Source: Verrucomicrobiota bacterium
Lineage (GTDB): Bacteria; Verrucomicrobiota; Verrucomicrobiia; Methylacidiphilales; JBCBYL01
NCBI GenBank assembly: GCA_038748025.1
Contig: JBCDJI010000015.1
Location: forward strand, 23,957-87,956
DNA: 64,000 nt
Direction: 5' to 3'
Numbering within the stretch: the stretch's first letter is position 1; each line of letters opens with the position of its first letter. Below, in pieces: positions 9,695 through 19,781 of the stretch. The notes below the pieces were generated by a model that saw nothing but the letters and a program-made list of their open reading frames with translations, had not been told where the DNA came from and did not search any database. The translations under genes were made by a program, and so were the position numbers.

Positions 9695-11062
9695 ATGCCG
9701 AAACACTTCCACTCCAGCAAGGCTCAAACCTTTTTCCGCAGCTGGGCTGCTGATCTGCAGCAGCCGGTGGATATCGCCTCATTGACGGTTTTTCGCATCG
9801 CCTTCGGTATCCTCATGTTTGAGGTCGTCTTTAAGTCATTTCGTGCCGGCCTGATCGATAAATACTTCCTGATGCCGAATTTCACATTCACTTATCATGG
9901 TTTCGACTGGGTGCAACCTTTCCCGGGATACGGGATGTATATCTTCTTTATCATCATGGGCCTGGCAACGGTGCTGATAACGCTCGGGCTATTCTACCGC
10001 CTGGCAGCCATTACCTTTTTCATCACGTTTTCCTATTTTTTTCTGATGGAACAGACGCGTTACCTCAATCATTTCTACCTGGTCGTGCTGATCGGCTTTA
10101 TCATGATTTTTGTTCCGGCCAATCGCTGCCTCGCATTGGATAATCGCATGCCCTGGGGCAGGCCGTCAGATACCACACCTAAGTGGTCGGTATGGATCTT
10201 GCAGTTTCAAATGGCGGTAGTCTATTGCTATGGTGGCATCGCCAAATTGAATTTCGACTGGCTCCGCGGCGAACCGATGCGCCTGTGGTTTGGCAATATG
10301 GTTTATTCTGAAGGCTACCACCCGTTCTTTAAAACAGAGTGGTTTATTTATTTTATCTCTTATGGCGGCTTGATCTTCGATCTGTTGATTGTTCCTTTCC
10401 TGATCTGGAAAAAGACCCGTCTGGCAGCCTTCATCTGCGTGGTCTTGTTTCACATCAGTAACCATTTCATGTGGAATATCGGGATCTTTCCGTTCATGGG
10501 GATTGCCGCAACCACGATTTTCTTTTCCTATGACTGGCCCAGGAGATTTATCAGGCTGCCCAAGTATTCCTTATCCCGTAAATTTACTACCGCGGCCTCA
10601 CTTCGCCCGGTCGCCTCTGCGGTATTCGCCCTTTACTGCATAGTGCAGTTACTGGTTCCATTTCGCCATTGGCTTTATCCCGGCCCCGTCGTCTGGACCG
10701 AGGAAGGCCATAAATTTTCATGGAGGATGAAACTGCGATCCCGACGCGCTGAAATGACTTTTTTCGTCCATGACAAAGATGCGGATAAAATCTACCAGGT
10801 CCAAACCCATGACATACTGATGCCACACCAGCTCCGCAAAGCGGAGGCAGACCCGCATCTGATTTTGTTAATGGCTCATAAACTCAAGGAGCAACACCAG
10901 CAAATCACCGGCAATTCGAACGTTGAGGTGCGTGCAACCTGCTATCTGGCAGTCAACGGTCGAACACCACAACTGTATTTTGATCCCAACATGGATCTCA
11001 CCCAAATCCGTCGAACCTTCTGGCACGACAACTGGTTTTATCCCATGAAGACCAAGCTTTAA
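9695..11062 (+). CDS. HTTM / vitamin K-dependent gamma-carboxylase-like membrane protein
   Basis: ASLTVFRIAFG, YLNHFYL, YGGIAKLNFDWLRG, FHISN..NIGIFP, FSWRMKL; multiple TM helices. Confidence 0.88.
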   Translation: MPKHFHSSKAQTFFRSWAADLQQPVDIASLTVFRIAFGILMFEVVFKSFRAGLIDKYFLMPNFTFTYHGFDWVQPFPGYGMYIFFIIMGLATVLITLGLFYRLAAITFFITFSYFFLMEQTRYLNHFYLVVLIGFIMIFVPANRCLALDNRMPWGRPSDTTPKWSVWILQFQMAVVYCYGGIAKLNFDWLRGEPMRLWFGNMVYSEGYHPFFKTEWFIYFISYGGLIFDLLIVPFLIWKKTRLAAFICVVLFHISNHFMWNIGIFPFMGIAATTIFFSYDWPRRFIRLPKYSLSRKFTTAASLRPVASAVFALYCIVQLLVPFRHWLYPGPVVWTEEGHKFSWRMKLRSRRAEMTFFVHDKDADKIYQVQTHDILMPHQLRKAEADPHLILLMAHKLKEQHQQITGNSNVEVRATCYLAVNGRTPQLYFDPNMDLTQIRRTFWHDNWFYPMKTKL

Positions 11063-11115
11063 GCTGCATTTTACAGGATTGCCTGTCTGTTATTTATTTA
11101 TAAGATCATGTAGTT

Positions 11116-11394
11116 ATGAAATCTGCCTACGAACGTGCTATGGAACGCTTTGGAGGGGGCGACTCCACTCCCAAACTGACCGACGAGCAAAAAGCCCAGA
11201 TCGCCGAGATCAACACTATCTACGAAGCCAAAATCGCTGAACGCCAGACCTTTCTTGGATCCAAGATCGCTGAAGCACGCGCCACGGACCACCTGGCAGA
11301 AATCGAACAACTCGAAAAACAGCTTGCCAGTGATGTGCTGGTGCTACAGGAAGAGTGGGAAGCTAAAAAAAATAAGGTCTGGCAGGCCGCCTGA
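11116..11394 (+). CDS. Small helical/coiled-coil hypothetical protein (MKSAYE-AMER type)
   Basis: 92-aa ORF filling the gap, rich in E/K/A; the N-terminus is recalled from memory as a conserved hypothetical family. Confidence 0.75.
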   Translation: MKSAYERAMERFGGGDSTPKLTDEQKAQIAEINTIYEAKIAERQTFLGSKIAEARATDHLAEIEQLEKQLASDVLVLQEEWEAKKNKVWQAA

Positions 11395-11399
11395 AAACC

Positions 11400-12065
11400 T
11401 CAGCGCAACCCGTAAGGAAACGCTTCCACGTTTTTCAGATACTCACGGGCAATCATCGTATGCCCGGCCACATTCGGATGCACCCGGTCTGCCGATAACG
11501 TCATGTGGTGCGCCCGGCTCAGGTAATGATCAAATGCCTGCTGTGTATTAATGAACAACGCATCATTCTTCTCCGCGATTTTTCGGCAAATCCCCGCATA
11601 GACATCCATCCGCTGCCGCATGGGCTCATCTTTATTAGGCTCAATGTAAAAGGGTGAGGCAATGATCAGCCCTTTCAGATCAGGCCTGACTTTGTCAATT
11701 AACTCCTGATAGGTCTCGGCAAAGCGCTCGGGAGTAATATAATTATCTCCTACCATATGGTGAGGTCGGTCAAATTGGCGCCACACGTCATTAACACCGA
11801 TCATGATACTCAGCCAGTCCGGTTTCTGATCGAGCACATCAGCCTGCCAGCGGGCTTTCAGATCCAGAACCGTATTTCCGGAAACCCCCTTGTTCACAAA
11901 ACATAAATGACGCTCCGGATAGAGTGCCTGCAGCCAGCCGATGACCAGCATTACATAACCACCACCCATATCTTCCACGTTCACATACTTACCTTCGGGT
12001 GAGCGGCCACAATCCGTGATGGAATCCCCGATAAACAACATCTTATTATTTTTTTCCAACAGCAT
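11400..12065 (-). CDS. SGNH/GDSL-family hydrolase
   Basis: FIGDSITD, NKGVSGN, IGVNDVW, DRVHPNVAGH. Start chosen at ATG 12065. Confidence 0.92.
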   Translation of the reverse strand: MLLEKNNKMLFIGDSITDCGRSPEGKYVNVEDMGGGYVMLVIGWLQALYPERHLCFVNKGVSGNTVLDLKARWQADVLDQKPDWLSIMIGVNDVWRQFDRPHHMVGDNYITPERFAETYQELIDKVRPDLKGLIIASPFYIEPNKDEPMRQRMDVYAGICRKIAEKNDALFINTQQAFDHYLSRAHHMTLSADRVHPNVAGHTMIAREYLKNVEAFPYGLR

Positions 12066-12140
12066 ATGGTACTTATCATAGAGAAAAACTCGATTGGCAA
12101 TTATTAACTTATAGGCATGTTCCTTGCTGAATATTGTTCT

Positions 12141-14255
12141 ATGCCTGCTGAAGTCTCCCATACCACCGCCACGCGTATCCACAAGTCGGCCGGTAACATT
12201 GCCAAACTGCTGCTGCAGCAGAATATGGACCTGACAATCGGCGGTGAGCCTACCTTCGTTCCTTTACAACCTGACGGAGAAGAATGGGGTCCAGCAGCAC
12301 TTGGACCAACCAAACTTGTCTACGCACGCAAAATGGCATACTCCTTTCTGCAAGTCAACCATCCCGGTGCACTTATCTCATTGCACTCCGGCAAGCACTA
12401 CCCCGGCGAGCCCATCCCGCGCTGGCAGCTGACTGTGCAGTGGCGCAGTAATAAGATTCTTTGGAAATCACCCAGGCGGCTGCTGCTTAAACCGGTGAAG
12501 GATCCAAAGCCTCCAGTTACCGGTGCCCGCCGGATGATGAAAACCATCGCCTCCGAGCTGAAACTGACCCGCTTTGTCCGACCCCTACTGGAAACCGATG
12601 TCACCAGACCGGCAGCCTGGGCTTTACCGCTCAATTATGATGACCAGCGGGGCTGGGTTTCAAGATGCTGGGGCGACGCTGGTGAAAACATCATTCTGAT
12701 TCCCGGCGACAGCTCCACCGGACTCCGGATGCCTTTGGATGAGGTTGCTGCTCAAGGGAGCCGTGCTGCCCTGACCGTAAGCGCAAATGATGATGGCGGG
12801 TTGGAAATTTTTATTCCGCCTATGCACGTGAAGCCATATGACAGGCTGCTGGCTGTCATCGAAAAAACTGCCGCCAGACTGGATGCCAGGAATCTGGTCA
12901 TTTCCGGCTACCGGCCATCCGGCTGTGATCACACGGAATCCCTATCGATGGTTTCGGATCCGGGTGTGCTGGAAGTCAACCTGCCACCTGCCCGCACTTG
13001 GAGTAACCATTGCAAAACCGTCAAGCAGGTTTATGCCGCGGCCAAAGCCAGCGGATTACGCGCTGAAAAATTTCTGCACAATGGAGAGCACCACGGTACC
13101 GGTGGCGGCTCCCATCTCTGCTTCGGGGGCTCCGACCCCTCGCGCAGCCCTTTCGTGCAGATCCCGCATCTGCTGCCATCGATCATCCGTTACTGGAACC
13201 ACCACCCCGCTTTAAGCTACCTGTTCACCGGCCAGTTTATCGGTCCCGGCTGTCAGGCTCCGCGTGTTGATGAATCTAACCCGCACCTGATTCCGGAACT
13301 GGAGATTGCACTAAAAAATATTCCGCAGGATCCATGGGATGCTGTCGAGCTGCATCAGCGTCTGATTCACTTTTTCATCGATGCCTCCGGCAATACCCAT
13401 CGCTCCGAGATCAGCATGGATAAACTGTCCAATCCGTTGATGCCTAACGGTAACCTCGGTATCATTGAATTTCGTGCCATCGAGTCCCAACCTACCCCGC
13501 AGGAATGGGGTCGTATCGTTCTACTCTTTCAGGGACTGATCGCCATGCTGGCTAAATACCCTTACCGCAAAGCACTTCGTGCTCCTTCCCGGAGTTTTCA
13601 GGATTTAAATTTTCTTCCGTCCGTACTGGAGGCTGATCTGTCCACGGTTTTGCGCGACTTGAAAACCATCGGAACGGAACTTCAAATTGATGATTACCGC
13701 CCGCATCTCAAACGCCGTTCCCCCATTCTTGGAACGCTGAATTCCGGGTCATCCAGCATCACTATCCGGCAGGCTCTGGAAAGCTGGCCGCTCCTGTCAG
13801 AACTGCCCTCCGGCCAGTCCACCACCCGTCCGGTCGACTCTTCCTTTGCACGCATCGAGTGCAGGTTAGACACGACCAGCCGGGCTTTACGGGCAAGGTC
13901 CTATATCCGCATCAATGGTCATGCCTTCCCTTTCCGCAGGTACCAGGAGTGGACATTGCTGGGTCTCAAGTTCCGCACCTTCCATCAAACAGACGGCTTC
14001 CATCCGCATATCCCCGGACAATGCCCGCTGCATTTCGAGTGGGTTGACGGCAGGACCGGTAAAGTGCTCGATGCCGGAACCTGGCATCACTGGAACCCCT
14101 TGGGCAAAACGTATACCAAGCGACCTGGGGAACGCCATGCAGCGCAAAGACTTTGCCGCCAACGCTGGATTAGTCTGAAACCGGTACAGCGTTACCCGGC
14201 AGGCATGCCAAAACAAAGTTCACGCAACCTGACTGAAGACCTGCGCCAAAACTGA
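12141..14255 (+). CDS. DUF2126-type putative amidoligase (COOH-NH2 ligase fold), without an N-terminal transglutaminase domain
   Basis: LTIGGEPTFV, DPGVLEVNLPP, GTGGGSH, HPALSYLF.G.FIGP..QAPRVDE, GNTHRSEISMDKL, IEFRA. Confidence 0.8.
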   Translation: MPAEVSHTTATRIHKSAGNIAKLLLQQNMDLTIGGEPTFVPLQPDGEEWGPAALGPTKLVYARKMAYSFLQVNHPGALISLHSGKHYPGEPIPRWQLTVQWRSNKILWKSPRRLLLKPVKDPKPPVTGARRMMKTIASELKLTRFVRPLLETDVTRPAAWALPLNYDDQRGWVSRCWGDAGENIILIPGDSSTGLRMPLDEVAAQGSRAALTVSANDDGGLEIFIPPMHVKPYDRLLAVIEKTAARLDARNLVISGYRPSGCDHTESLSMVSDPGVLEVNLPPARTWSNHCKTVKQVYAAAKASGLRAEKFLHNGEHHGTGGGSHLCFGGSDPSRSPFVQIPHLLPSIIRYWNHHPALSYLFTGQFIGPGCQAPRVDESNPHLIPELEIALKNIPQDPWDAVELHQRLIHFFIDASGNTHRSEISMDKLSNPLMPNGNLGIIEFRAIESQPTPQEWGRIVLLFQGLIAMLAKYPYRKALRAPSRSFQDLNFLPSVLEADLSTVLRDLKTIGTELQIDDYRPHLKRRSPILGTLNSGSSSITIRQALESWPLLSELPSGQSTTRPVDSSFARIECRLDTTSRALRARSYIRINGHAFPFRRYQEWTLLGLKFRTFHQTDGFHPHIPGQCPLHFEWVDGRTGKVLDAGTWHHWNPLGKTYTKRPGERHAAQRLCRQRWISLKPVQRYPAGMPKQSSRNLTEDLRQN

Positions 14256-14707
14256 TGCCGGTATTTACCACCAGACCTGCCAGGCTTTCCGACCTCGAAA
14301 TCTGGACGGATCTGCGCGGCCAACTCTGGCCGGATCACAACGGACACGCCTACGATTTGCAACAGTTCTTCACCAGTCCGCAGGCATGTCAGATGGCTTA
14401 CATGGTGCTTCCCGACCATGCTCCGGAGAATGTCGTTGGTTTTATCGAACTCAGCCTGCGTCATGACTTGCTGACTCGCGGGAATACACCCGTTGCCTAC
14501 ATTGAAGGTTGGTTCGTTTCCGAATTCATGCGTCATGCCGGGGCAGGCAAAGCCCTGATTGCTGCCGCCGAAACATGGGCCAGCGAACAGGGGTGCCGCG
14601 AAATCACGAGCGAGTGCGGAATCGATAATGAAACCAGCGCCAGCGCCCATCTGTCCTGCGGATTTTCGGAAACTCGCAGGATGATCGCTTTTCATAAGAA
14701 AATTTAG
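14255..14707 (+). CDS. GNAT acetyltransferase, aminoglycoside AAC(6')-I-like
   Basis: VGFIELSLRHD, VAYIEGWFV..MRHAGAGKALIAAAETWA, GC.E..S, SASAHLSCGF.ET. TGATG overlap with the upstream gene. Confidence 0.8.
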   Translation: MPVFTTRPARLSDLEIWTDLRGQLWPDHNGHAYDLQQFFTSPQACQMAYMVLPDHAPENVVGFIELSLRHDLLTRGNTPVAYIEGWFVSEFMRHAGAGKALIAAAETWASEQGCREITSECGIDNETSASAHLSCGFSETRRMIAFHKKI

Positions 14708-16359
14708 ACGTGTTCCGCAATCAGATTTTTAGCCAGCTCTTTGGCAGAAGCGGATTTCCCACCTAACATTCTTGAAAGCTCATCTTCACGGTCGCCCCCT
14801 TCCAGACGATCCAGCTGCGTCCGGGTTCTGCCTTTTTGCACCGACTTTTCCACCCGGAAATGCACGTTGCCGGCTGCTGCCACTTGCGGCAGATGGGTAA
14901 TGCACATGACCTGATGGTTTCCCGCCAGATCTCGCAGTCGCTTACCTACGGCGACTGCGGTCTCACCACCGACGTTGGCATCGACTTCGTCAAAAATCAG
15001 GATCGGCACCCGGTCCTCAGCAGCCAGCACCGACTTGACTGCCAGCATCACCCGCGCCATTTCACCACTGGAGGCCACCGCTTTGAGCGGTCGTGCTTTC
15101 TCGCCCGGATTTGGTGAGAAGAAAAATTCACATTGGTCTTTACCACGGGAAGTCAGCTTGTCTGAAGCGATGATCCGGACTTCAAACTCGGACTTGGCGA
15201 ATCCCAGAAACCTCAGTTGCCTGGTGATGGCCCCGGCCAGCTTGGGTGCCGCTTTTTTACGTATAGCTGTAAGTTCGCGTGCACATTTATTAAGATGATG
15301 CTCCAGGCTCTCCGCATTGGAGAGCAGTTCAGCTACCCGTCCTTCCCGGCCACTCAGCTCATCCCGCTCCTGCCGCATGGTATTACCAGCTTCCAGCACT
15401 GCTTCCACCGTGTTGCCAAATTTACGCTTTAGTCCTTGGATCAGATCCAACCGGGCTTCCAGCTCCTGCAGCTGGCCGGCGTCCAGATCCTGGCCGGAAC
15501 TCAGACCCTCCATCTCCCGTAACATCTCATTGATTTGGGAGATGAGACCTTCATTCTGTTCGCGGAACGTCTCTGCCTGCGGGTCCATGCCCTGCCATTC
15601 TTCCAGCAGGCGCTGCACCGCCGCTAATTGTTCCAAAACCGACCCCTGCGCATCACTCAGGATGCTCTGGCATTCGGAGTGTACTTCCAGAATGCGCTGC
15701 TGGTGCGTCGCCCGATCAAACGAGGCTTCTAATTCATCCTCTTCCTCGGGCTTCAGATCCGCATTTTCAATTTCGGCAATCTGATATTCCAGAAAATCCA
15801 GCCGCTGAGCCAGCTGCCCTGAATCGGTCTGCTGCAAATCTTCCAGTGCCGTTAATGTTTTCTGCCATTCCTGATACTGCTCACGATAAGTTACCAGCGC
15901 ACTATCTGCACCGGAGTAGGCATCCAGCGCTTTGAGCTGTTCATCGATGGAAAGCAGGGACTGATGGTCATGCGGACCATGCATGTCTACCAGCAAATCA
16001 CCCAATTTTTTCAGCATCTGTAAAGTCACCGGGCTGCCGTTAATCCACTGTTTCCCCGACTTTTCCGAATAAAAAACCCGCTTCAGCAGCAACTCATCGC
16101 CTTCCGCTGAAATCCCCTGTTGCTCGAGGAAGGAGCGAGTAAAATTACAGTCAGCGAGCACACCCTCCACTGAGCATTCAGTGCTGCCATCGCGGATCAT
16201 GCCCTTGTCCGCCCGCTCGCCCAGAATGAGGTTAAAGGCGTCAATCAGAATAGACTTCCCCGCTCCGGTCTCGCCGGTGAGCACGTTTAAACCGGATTCC
16301 AGCTCCCAGGTCAGATCCTCAATGACCGCCAGATTCCGAATTCTCAATGACTGAAGCAT
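14704..16359 (-). CDS. recN: DNA repair protein RecN
   Basis: LTGETGAGKS, VASSGEMARVML, IFDEVDANVGG, ITHLPQVAA. Confidence 0.97.
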   Translation of the reverse strand: MLQSLRIRNLAVIEDLTWELESGLNVLTGETGAGKSILIDAFNLILGERADKGMIRDGSTECSVEGVLADCNFTRSFLEQQGISAEGDELLLKRVFYSEKSGKQWINGSPVTLQMLKKLGDLLVDMHGPHDHQSLLSIDEQLKALDAYSGADSALVTYREQYQEWQKTLTALEDLQQTDSGQLAQRLDFLEYQIAEIENADLKPEEEDELEASFDRATHQQRILEVHSECQSILSDAQGSVLEQLAAVQRLLEEWQGMDPQAETFREQNEGLISQINEMLREMEGLSSGQDLDAGQLQELEARLDLIQGLKRKFGNTVEAVLEAGNTMRQERDELSGREGRVAELLSNAESLEHHLNKCARELTAIRKKAAPKLAGAITRQLRFLGFAKSEFEVRIIASDKLTSRGKDQCEFFFSPNPGEKARPLKAVASSGEMARVMLAVKSVLAAEDRVPILIFDEVDANVGGETAVAVGKRLRDLAGNHQVMCITHLPQVAAAGNVHFRVEKSVQKGRTRTQLDRLEGGDREDELSRMLGGKSASAKELAKNLIAEHV

Positions 16360-16458
16360 GGCGCAGTATAAAACTTCCATGACATGAAGCAACGCCGCGA
16401 TACATCAAAAAGAAAAAAATGTGATGCTAATTCCTATAACTGATATTAAAGTTAGACC

Positions 16459-18363
16459 ATGCAAATGGGTAGTACAGCAAAGAGAAATCCACCCTTCGCT
16501 TCATGGATTCTTGGCCTGATCCTCCTTACCATGCTGTCATCACCCGCCGCAGCAAGTGTTGCTGCCGGAACAGCAGTTGAGGAAATCAGAAAACGACTGT
16601 TGGTTGTTTATAATGAAAATGCGCCTGAGGCACGTGAGCTGGCTTTTCAGTATGCGCTGGCCCGTCAACTGGATCGTTCCCAGATTTTTTCCATCCAGTG
16701 TTCCACGGAGGAAACTATCAGCCGCAGTGATTTCGACCAACAGATTCGGATACCCATACGCCGGCACCTGATTGATAATCAATGGATCACCTTAGGTGAA
16801 GCCCGGGTCAACTTCGGCAATGTCGTTCAGGAGGTGCAGGTTGCCAGAAAAAATGAGATCTGGTCCATGGTTTTAATCCGCGGTATTCCACTGAAAATCA
16901 AACATGACCCGACCAAGGTGGCTCCTGAAAACATGCCTCAGCAGTTTATCAAGAATGATGCAGCCGTTGATTCCGAGCTGGCCCTGATCATGTATGACCC
17001 GATGGAACTTAGTGGTTTTATCCCGAATCCGTATTACACCGAGAATGTGATTCGTCCGTTTGATGCCAAGATGGCACTTTCGCTGATCATGGTTGCCAGA
17101 CTGGACGGCCCCAGCCCGGAGGATGTGCGGCGTATGATTCAGGATGCGGTTGCCACCGAAAAACTGGAACTGACTGGCCGTGCCTACTTTGATGCTCGTG
17201 GAATCACTGACCAGAACTCAGGTTACAAAATTGGAGACGATTGGATCCGCAATGCTGCAGCACTGGCCGAAAATGCAGGTCTGGAAGTGTATCTAGATGA
17301 CGATGATCCAACTCTGAATCCTCAAATACCGGTGGAAGACATTGCGCTCTACGCAGGTTGGTATGCTGGAGATTTTACAGGACCATTTGGCCGCAAGGAT
17401 TTCCAGTTCAAACCCGGCAGCGTCGCTTATCATCTTCATTCCTTCAGTGCCAGCACTATCCGCAGCACCAGTAAAAACTGGGTCGGTCCGCTTATCTCCA
17501 GAGGGGCAACCGCTACTATGGGCTCTGTTTACGAACCTTACTTGCGCCTGACTCCCAATGTGACTACTTTCTTTCACAGCTTACTGTCTGGCCAGTGTTT
17601 TGCGGAAGCCGCTTATCAGTCGCAGATCGGTTTATCCTGGATGATCACCATGATTGGAGACCCGCTTTATCGTCCTTATCCGCGCAGTGCCATCGAATCT
17701 GCCCGGATTGCGCAGCAGAGCAACAGCAGTGAATCCCCCTGGCTCTGCTTGCGCGTAGCTCGCCAGATCTGTCAGAAAACCATACCCCAGGCAGAAAAGA
17801 TTGATCGTGTCACACGCATGGTAGAAGCTCTTCCGCATCCCGTGACTTACGAAGGACTTGGCAATCTGTTGATTGATCTCAAAGCACCTGCGGATCTTAT
17901 TGTGCAGGCATTTCGCAAAGCGGAAAGACTGAGCAGCACTGCTGCGGGAAAGATCCGTAATGGAATCCATCTGGCAAACCTCTATGCCCGCCAGGAAGAA
18001 GTTGGAAATTCGATGGCAGAGTATGAACGGCTTCTTGCGACTTATCCGGAAGCTGCCAGAGAGTTTAATATCCCCAACTTGGCCATCGCCTATGCTTCAA
18101 GAAACGGCTGGACCCAGTTTTCAACTGAGCTACAAACTTACCTGGCACCGGTCGGCGCCCCCGCGGAGCAGAGCGAAAACCGGGATATACCCGAAGAATC
18201 CGGGAGCTCCATCTCCGAAATGGCCAATACGACCGGTATACCCGTGGCACCCCGCCAGGATCTGATCCCTCCCAAACCTACACTGGCCCCGCCCAAATCA
18301 GGTCCGGCCGATCAATACCCGCACCGCCAGAACCCGCACAAACTGCAAATCCCAGGCTCCTGA
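16459..18363 (+). CDS. TIGR03790-family protein with TPR-like C-terminal region and Pro-rich tail
   Basis: LVVYN, AAVDSELA, VARLDGP, YAGWY, AYHLHSFSA, GATATMGSVYEPYL, LSW...IGDPLYRP. Confidence 0.85.
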   Translation: MQMGSTAKRNPPFASWILGLILLTMLSSPAAASVAAGTAVEEIRKRLLVVYNENAPEARELAFQYALARQLDRSQIFSIQCSTEETISRSDFDQQIRIPIRRHLIDNQWITLGEARVNFGNVVQEVQVARKNEIWSMVLIRGIPLKIKHDPTKVAPENMPQQFIKNDAAVDSELALIMYDPMELSGFIPNPYYTENVIRPFDAKMALSLIMVARLDGPSPEDVRRMIQDAVATEKLELTGRAYFDARGITDQNSGYKIGDDWIRNAAALAENAGLEVYLDDDDPTLNPQIPVEDIALYAGWYAGDFTGPFGRKDFQFKPGSVAYHLHSFSASTIRSTSKNWVGPLISRGATATMGSVYEPYLRLTPNVTTFFHSLLSGQCFAEAAYQSQIGLSWMITMIGDPLYRPYPRSAIESARIAQQSNSSESPWLCLRVARQICQKTIPQAEKIDRVTRMVEALPHPVTYEGLGNLLIDLKAPADLIVQAFRKAERLSSTAAGKIRNGIHLANLYARQEEVGNSMAEYERLLATYPEAAREFNIPNLAIAYASRNGWTQFSTELQTYLAPVGAPAEQSENRDIPEESGSSISEMANTTGIPVAPRQDLIPPKPTLAPPKSGPADQYPHRQNPHKLQIPGS

Positions 18364-18375
18364 CCGAACCGCATC

Positions 18376-18924
18376 ATGGCAGCCATCGAACATTGCGAAG
18401 GTATTGTGGTGCGCATCCTGCCGTACTCGGAAAGCAGTTTGATCACAACCTGGATTACCGACGGTCAGGGAATCATTCAGGTCCTGATTCGTGGCATCCG
18501 TAAACCAAGACAAAAGAATTTCGATACGGTAGACTTACTCAACCAGTCCAACCTGATCTACAGCACTAACAGACGCTCCCATCTGCATACCGCCAGGGAA
18601 ATTAAATGTATCCAGCCTCATCGGGAAATCGCCACAGATTACACCAAACTCCTGGCCTGCACTTATTGTTACGAAGTCAGTGCCATGCTGGTTGAACCAG
18701 ACACACCCATCCAAGACATTTACCAACTCTATCTCAAGGCGATCGATTACCTCGCAACTCATGATGTCAGTCTGGAACTGATCGAGCGGTTTGAATGCAG
18801 ACTGATGATTCTGCTGGGGCTCCGGCAAGAGAGCCTATCCATTCAACAGATCCGCCAACAGCATTATCCCAAAACACCCAAATCCTGGCAGGCGCTGCAA
18901 AAAAGCCTCAGTCCGCCAAGTTGA
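18376..18924 (+). CDS. recO: DNA repair protein RecO (short form, no Zn-finger)
   Basis: EGIVVRILPYSESSLI..W.T...G.I....RG.RK N-terminal OB fold. Confidence 0.85.
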   Translation: MAAIEHCEGIVVRILPYSESSLITTWITDGQGIIQVLIRGIRKPRQKNFDTVDLLNQSNLIYSTNRRSHLHTAREIKCIQPHREIATDYTKLLACTYCYEVSAMLVEPDTPIQDIYQLYLKAIDYLATHDVSLELIERFECRLMILLGLRQESLSIQQIRQQHYPKTPKSWQALQKSLSPPS

Positions 18925-19069
18925 AGGTTTTCATTTTAAGGTGTTTCCGCTTGCGCCAGTAATCTATACCGGATTGGGTTTGTATTTCACATTTTTCAGA
19001 ATGGCTACCGTCCTTTGCTGCAGCATCAGTGGGCAATGCGCTACTGCTATGCTGGATGAATTGGTGCTT

Positions 19070-19104
19070 TTCATTCGTCATTCTTCCTTCTTAATTCCTA
19101 CTTT
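19070..19104. repeat. Degenerate heptamer tandem repeat (5 units)
   Basis: TTCATTC GTCATTC TTCCTTC TTAATTC CTACTTT immediately upstream of tRNA-Arg. Confidence 0.55.
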
Positions 19105-19109
19105 AGGTT

Positions 19110-19183
19110 GTCCCCGTAGCTCAGCTGGATAGAGCACTAGACTTCTAATCTTGTGGTCGTTGGTTCGACTCCAACCGGGGATG
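19110..19183 (+). tRNA. tRNA-Arg(TCT), CCA not encoded
   Basis: GTCCCCG/CGGGGAT acceptor stem, TAGCTCAGCTGGATAGAGC D-arm, CTAGA-CTTCTAA-TCTTG anticodon arm (one U-U), GTTGG-TTCGACT-CCAAC T-arm. Confidence 0.95.
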
Positions 19184-19213
19184 CTGCTGGCGCTAGCTGC
19201 TACACGGCAGGTG

Positions 19214-19741
19214 CTATGCCTCGGCACGGCACCGTTTCACATAATCGATGACTTTCCGGCGATCACCATCCGCAGCCCAGACCTGGCGCAGGAAATCCGC
19301 AGCATGCACATGATTCTCCTGGAAGAATTTCCGGTCGCCACCACAGCCATACATCAGATCCGGGTCCATTTCTCCGCGTAATTTCGCCTCCGCCTTCTCA
19401 ATAATGCGCGGCAGCCAGACGATCCCGTCTTCCTCCACTTCCTTACCCGTCAAATCAGCTGGAGCTACCACTCTACCGGACGACCTACCTTGCATAACTT
19501 CCAGAAAGTAATCCCGCCGGACCGCGGCAACCAGTAAAGCTGTTTCAAAATCCGGTTCACCGCCTGTTACCCTGTCTTCAGCAAAGTCATAAATTTCCTG
19601 TGCCGTATGACCAATCGATTTCAGAAACTGGATTTCTGCATGATCAAAATAGCTTTCCGCTCCATACTGACCTGCCTCGTATTGGGCAACTGCCTTGTCA
19701 TAAATGGCTCTAAAACTGCGGGTCCAATTCACGTTATCCAT
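19214..19741 (-). CDS. DUF5069-like protein
   Basis: GIVWLPRIIEKAEAKLRGEM..DLMYGCGGDRKF. Start chosen at ATG 19741 to avoid overlap with the upstream gene. Confidence 0.75.
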   Translation of the reverse strand: MDNVNWTRSFRAIYDKAVAQYEAGQYGAESYFDHAEIQFLKSIGHTAQEIYDFAEDRVTGGEPDFETALLVAAVRRDYFLEVMQGRSSGRVVAPADLTGKEVEEDGIVWLPRIIEKAEAKLRGEMDPDLMYGCGGDRKFFQENHVHAADFLRQVWAADGDRRKVIDYVKRCRAEA

Positions 19742-19781
19742 GTGGTCAGGCTGTCCTTTCGCTTGTAGCTTAAAAACAGAT

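Noticed and set aside
14255..14707. AAC(6')-like gene as an integron cassette
   Set aside because: It overlaps neighbours at both ends, leaving no room for an attC, and is about 48 kb from intI.
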